DNA from: Microthyrium microscopicum | Taxonomy: Eukaryota | Reading direction: 5' to 3' | Assembly: GCA_010405405.1 (NCBI GenBank) | Contig: MU004231.1 | Coordinates: 1,104,153 to 1,168,152, forward strand | Length of the DNA: 64,000 nucleotides | Shown: positions 60,617 through 64,000 of the stretch, in pieces | How the letters are laid out: the number at the start of each line of letters is the position of its first letter | Position numbering within the stretch: position 1 is the stretch's first letter | The notes under the pieces: generated by a model | Seen by the model: only the letters and a program-made list of their open reading frames with translations | The model's database searches: none | Told to the model about the DNA's origin: nothing | Position numbers and translations under genes: made by a program

Positions 60617-62332
60617 TTACTCTGGCAGATTTCTTCTTGCTCTGCGCGCAACACTGGCAAATCGGTTCGGCACCACCCTTGCTTCGCCAGCAAGTTTTTT
60701 ACCTGATATATGACCCTCTGCTGTTACTGGTCGATGCATGTTTGTCGACGATGACAGATACACCTCTGGATAGTTGTTACGATCTACAGCTCTCGCGTCG
60801 TTCGCGTTTCCATTGTTTACCCATTGGCCGCTTCCTTCAACGGGGATGGGCCATCGCTCGTTATCCGGGAGAGCTGTACCAGACAGAGAACTATAAGAGA
60901 GACCGCGTGTCCGCGGTGGTGGCGAGGCGACTGCATAGCCTAAACTCGTACTTGGTCGCTGCACGGCATTTAATTCCACTGCACCGTATCTGTTGGGCTG
61001 ATGGTAATCGACACCCGGACTCTGCAAGCTTAGCGATGAAACCATACCGGTTTGCATAGTTCCCAAGGTTGCTAGGCTGCTGGTGCTTCTTGCTGCTGAT
61101 TGGAAGCTCCAGGGTTCGTTGTTGAGTGATGTATTTGTGGCTAGAGGCGGCGAGTATGAACTGGATTGAACCTCTGGTAGCCTAGGTGGTGATCGTTGGA
61201 CTTCTTGCTGGGTATATGATGAAAGCCCGGGATATGTCGGGGGAGGCGTGCCAAAGTTGATGTCTGATGTAGGTTGAGTGGAAGTTGGCTGTATTGACGA
61301 GTATCTTGTCACATTGCATTCGATCTGGGTCTGATCGGGACTATTCTGTGCCCCACTTGATGTTCGTGATAACCTTGGTGGCGAAGCTGGCGCAAGCGGC
61401 GCAGGATAGCGGTTCGCGCCGTAATATAGGCTGCTTCTTGTTGATTGTGGCGATAGTGCTGGTTCTGCATCCAACTGCGTGAACTGGTTGGACCACGACG
61501 AAGTACTTGTCGATCTGCGCATTATTTGCTCCTTCAGTGGTCTATTCAGCTGGCCATCGATGGCACCCCACATGGTCTCTTCCGTTATCACTGGCTTGGG
61601 ATCCATTGCTTCCCCATCCATCTCTTGTATTGTTTCTTCATGAACGGGACTCGTTCTTCCCTGCTCAATGCCACCCAATCCACGATCCACGACTCCACAA
61701 TCTCTCATGCCCGTCTGCATCGTCTCCTCACGGATAGGGCTCGTCGTCCGCTGTGTCGCAAAGTTTCCATGAGCATAATCCATCTCTAATGGCAGCTTCT
61801 CTGGTAAGGGCGGCGCCTGGTTCCCTCTCTCCTCTTTTTGCTCCTTATCCCTCTCTCTTGCGCGTTTTCTGGCATACGGACTCCGCAACAGCTCATCCAA
61901 CCCCTCTGCCGCCCCATTTCCTATATTCACTGACCTCACTCCTGTTGCTCTATCATTAATCCAGCCTTGCATTTGCGCCATTGCATGGAGCAGAGTGTGG
62001 TGACAACTCAGTAATTCCGTATGCTCCGTCGGCCGCCCTATTGGCGAGTCTGATGCCAAATATAGGCTGGCACGAGCCGGTATCTGAGCGACTATGGCAG
62101 TGAGTGCAGCCTGAGTGCTGGCGAGTGTCCCGGCAATGTATGTGGCCTTGCCAGTGTCGATTTTAAGAGTGGTGCAAACGTGCGGGTGGTTGAAAAGTCG
62201 CTGGGCTTCCGCATAATCCAGGGAGACTCGGTGGAGAAGCCGGAAGCTGGAGTGGGTTGTGTCGCCGAGCGGAATTGGTGGTATAGGTCTATTGGATTGC
62301 ATGCTGGGTGCTGTGTGTGGCGATACGGCCAT
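60617..62332 (-). CDS. Hypothetical Ser/Pro-rich protein
   Basis: Long ORF (602 codons in the track); first ATG at 62332; no recognisable domain. Confidence 0.55.
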   Translation of the reverse strand: MAVSPHTAPSMQSNRPIPPIPLGDTTHSSFRLLHRVSLDYAEAQRLFNHPHVCTTLKIDTGKATYIAGTLASTQAALTAIVAQIPARASLYLASDSPIGRPTEHTELLSCHHTLLHAMAQMQGWINDRATGVRSVNIGNGAAEGLDELLRSPYARKRARERDKEQKEERGNQAPPLPEKLPLEMDYAHGNFATQRTTSPIREETMQTGMRDCGVVDRGLGGIEQGRTSPVHEETIQEMDGEAMDPKPVITEETMWGAIDGQLNRPLKEQIMRRSTSTSSWSNQFTQLDAEPALSPQSTRSSLYYGANRYPAPLAPASPPRLSRTSSGAQNSPDQTQIECNVTRYSSIQPTSTQPTSDINFGTPPPTYPGLSSYTQQEVQRSPPRLPEVQSSSYSPPLATNTSLNNEPWSFQSAARSTSSLATLGTMQTGMVSSLSLQSPGVDYHQPNRYGAVELNAVQRPSTSLGYAVASPPPRTRGLSYSSLSGTALPDNERWPIPVEGSGQWVNNGNANDARAVDRNNYPEVYLSSSTNMHRPVTAEGHISGKKLAGEARVVPNRFASVARRARRNLPE

Positions 62333-64000
62333 TATTAGGAGATGTTTGGGGATCACGGTCCTGAGAATGCCATCAGAATGTGAAGAAGCAAGAGGTCTGC
62401 AGGTTGAGGGGTCGAAAGAGGCCAAAAGCGGACGTGATTGGAGATGTCAGAAGTCGGTAGGCTGAAAGACTGCCCAAATACTTCTAGATAAAGCAGGGAA
62501 GCTTTGAGTTTTTGAGGCTGTGGCGTGAATTGAAGATGAGATTTAAAGTTTCCTTCACTATGGAATAGATTGTATTTAGGTCGATAGGATCTGATGTTGT
62601 GATTCTGCATGTCTCAATATAAGCCCTCTATTCTGCTATGTGATCGGATGGCTTAAACTTGAGGCTCAGCCCGCAGTCACGCCAAGTTCTTTACCTGCAA
62701 GTCGATCCAAAATGGACATTAATCTTATGAGAAGATCGCCACAATCTTCAAATGGTCTTGGAAGTATCACATATCTCAAATCGAAAGCTGCCGAAGACAA
62801 ATTAGTGTAAAAGCCACAGTCAACCGGGCCATCTTCCCCTTCTGAAGTATTTCACAACAAATACGAAGCTCCCAAAGCCTTTGTGTGGGAACAAAACGGA
62901 CCTTCACCAATTAAAACTGCTGAGGTTTCTGTGTGATTATGCAGTAATATTGGCTTTTGGCTTGCGATTTGCTTTTTTGCAGCCATCAGGCTGAAGTCAT
63001 GCAGAACATTTCCAGTCAATAGTGCAACTTATACGTTGCCTTCTGAGCCGCGAATGTCTTGAATTAGATATCTTTACGGAATACAGAGCTAGAGCTGAGT
63101 TGTAGACTGCCATACATGATCTCAAAACATGAGTATGCGCAGGCCACAGCCCAAATACGGATACATGTTGCATGGCTTGTCGTTCCGCATCCGGCTTCAG
63201 AGAGGCCAGATTCAGAGGCTTTACAAGGATGATCCCGATCATCTAAATTTAGTGCAAGCTTACAAGCCAATCAGCTCTAGATCCTGCAATACCAGAAACG
63301 TGCGATTATATCTACTAGTAAACAGAACTCTCCAAATTGGCCTTTGAGTAAGGACTGAACAGAAAGCAAAATTTGGACCATAACTCAACTATAATCTTTC
63401 CAAGACTTTGTCAGTAGTAGTATCCGTATCTTACGGTAAACCCTACCTTATACAGCTATCCCTGCATCATGGCTTGCTAGGCAACGGTCATTGTATTAAG
63501 ACCAGGACGGGCATTTGGTCCAAGTTTGAGCGGCACAGTAGAATACAGATTAATTGCGCTCTCATGGGCGAGATCCTTCCATCTTCATAATTGACCATTG
63601 TTCGCGGCCATATTTTTTGTTTCTTCCTGCTTTCTATGCTTAATGCTTACTAGGTCTTTTTCTTGGGTTATCCGATGCTCTAACTTCAGGTTCACTCTAT
63701 TGATCATGACATCCAGCAACCATATCTGGCTGATCATCTTGACCTATGCTACCTATCCTCCGGTCGTAAATGGAGTCCGACTTTCTATCTCTCGGGAGAT
63801 CATTAATTCGGTGAGCCCCTAGAAGCTCCTGGAAATTTGTCACAAAGCCAAACTTTGACAAGTCTTTGATCTTTACTCAGGCTTTCGATTCAAGAACCAC
63901 GAGCCAGAAGCAGCTTGGACTTTCCGATAAATACATAGGCGATGATATTCACAAGATCCCAGTCGAGGTACAACCATTCATTCCCTGAGGCATTCACATT

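Noticed and set aside
62997..64000. Short ORFs at the window end
   Set aside because: No recognisable product; a gene may continue beyond the window but cannot be supported here.

Overview
Eukaryotic (filamentous ascomycete) DNA with spliced genes and RIP-damaged transposons. About 1-50.9 kb is the captain-proximal part of a giant Starship transposon, read on the minus strand. Its captain is a DUF3435-type tyrosine recombinase gene (49968-46382, five introns); hand-splicing gives it C2H2-like fingers and a C-terminal chromodomain. The other end of the element lies outside the window. Cargo includes: (i) a heavy-metal module (two CDF zinc transporters, a RIP-inactivated Ca2+/H+ exchanger, a Cys-rich Pca1-like P1B ATPase, a membrane protein, a Gly/His-rich repeat pseudogene); (ii) a divergent pair of secreted proteins, one LPMO-like and one ferritin-like; (iii) chromatin and regulatory genes (a sirtuin-SIM-RING-RING fusion, two paralogous chromo-like proteins, bZIP, PAS, SAM); (iv) a vWA-Hint-Vint gene and a nucleoside deoxyribosyltransferase-like gene; (v) nested RIP-degraded pogo/Fot1 and Mutator elements, a solo LTR and a MITE-like element. 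From about 51 kb the sequence looks like ordinary host chromosome (GH127, MFS sugar porter, PRP9, FAL1). The most striking unexplained signals are non-coding. A palindromic GGGNCC-N7-GGNCCC motif recurs about 18 times upstream of Starship genes including the captain, and was not seen in the metal module or host DNA. A helically phased TGAG array lies between the captain and the likely element end. All exon structures and family calls were made by eye; no searches were run.
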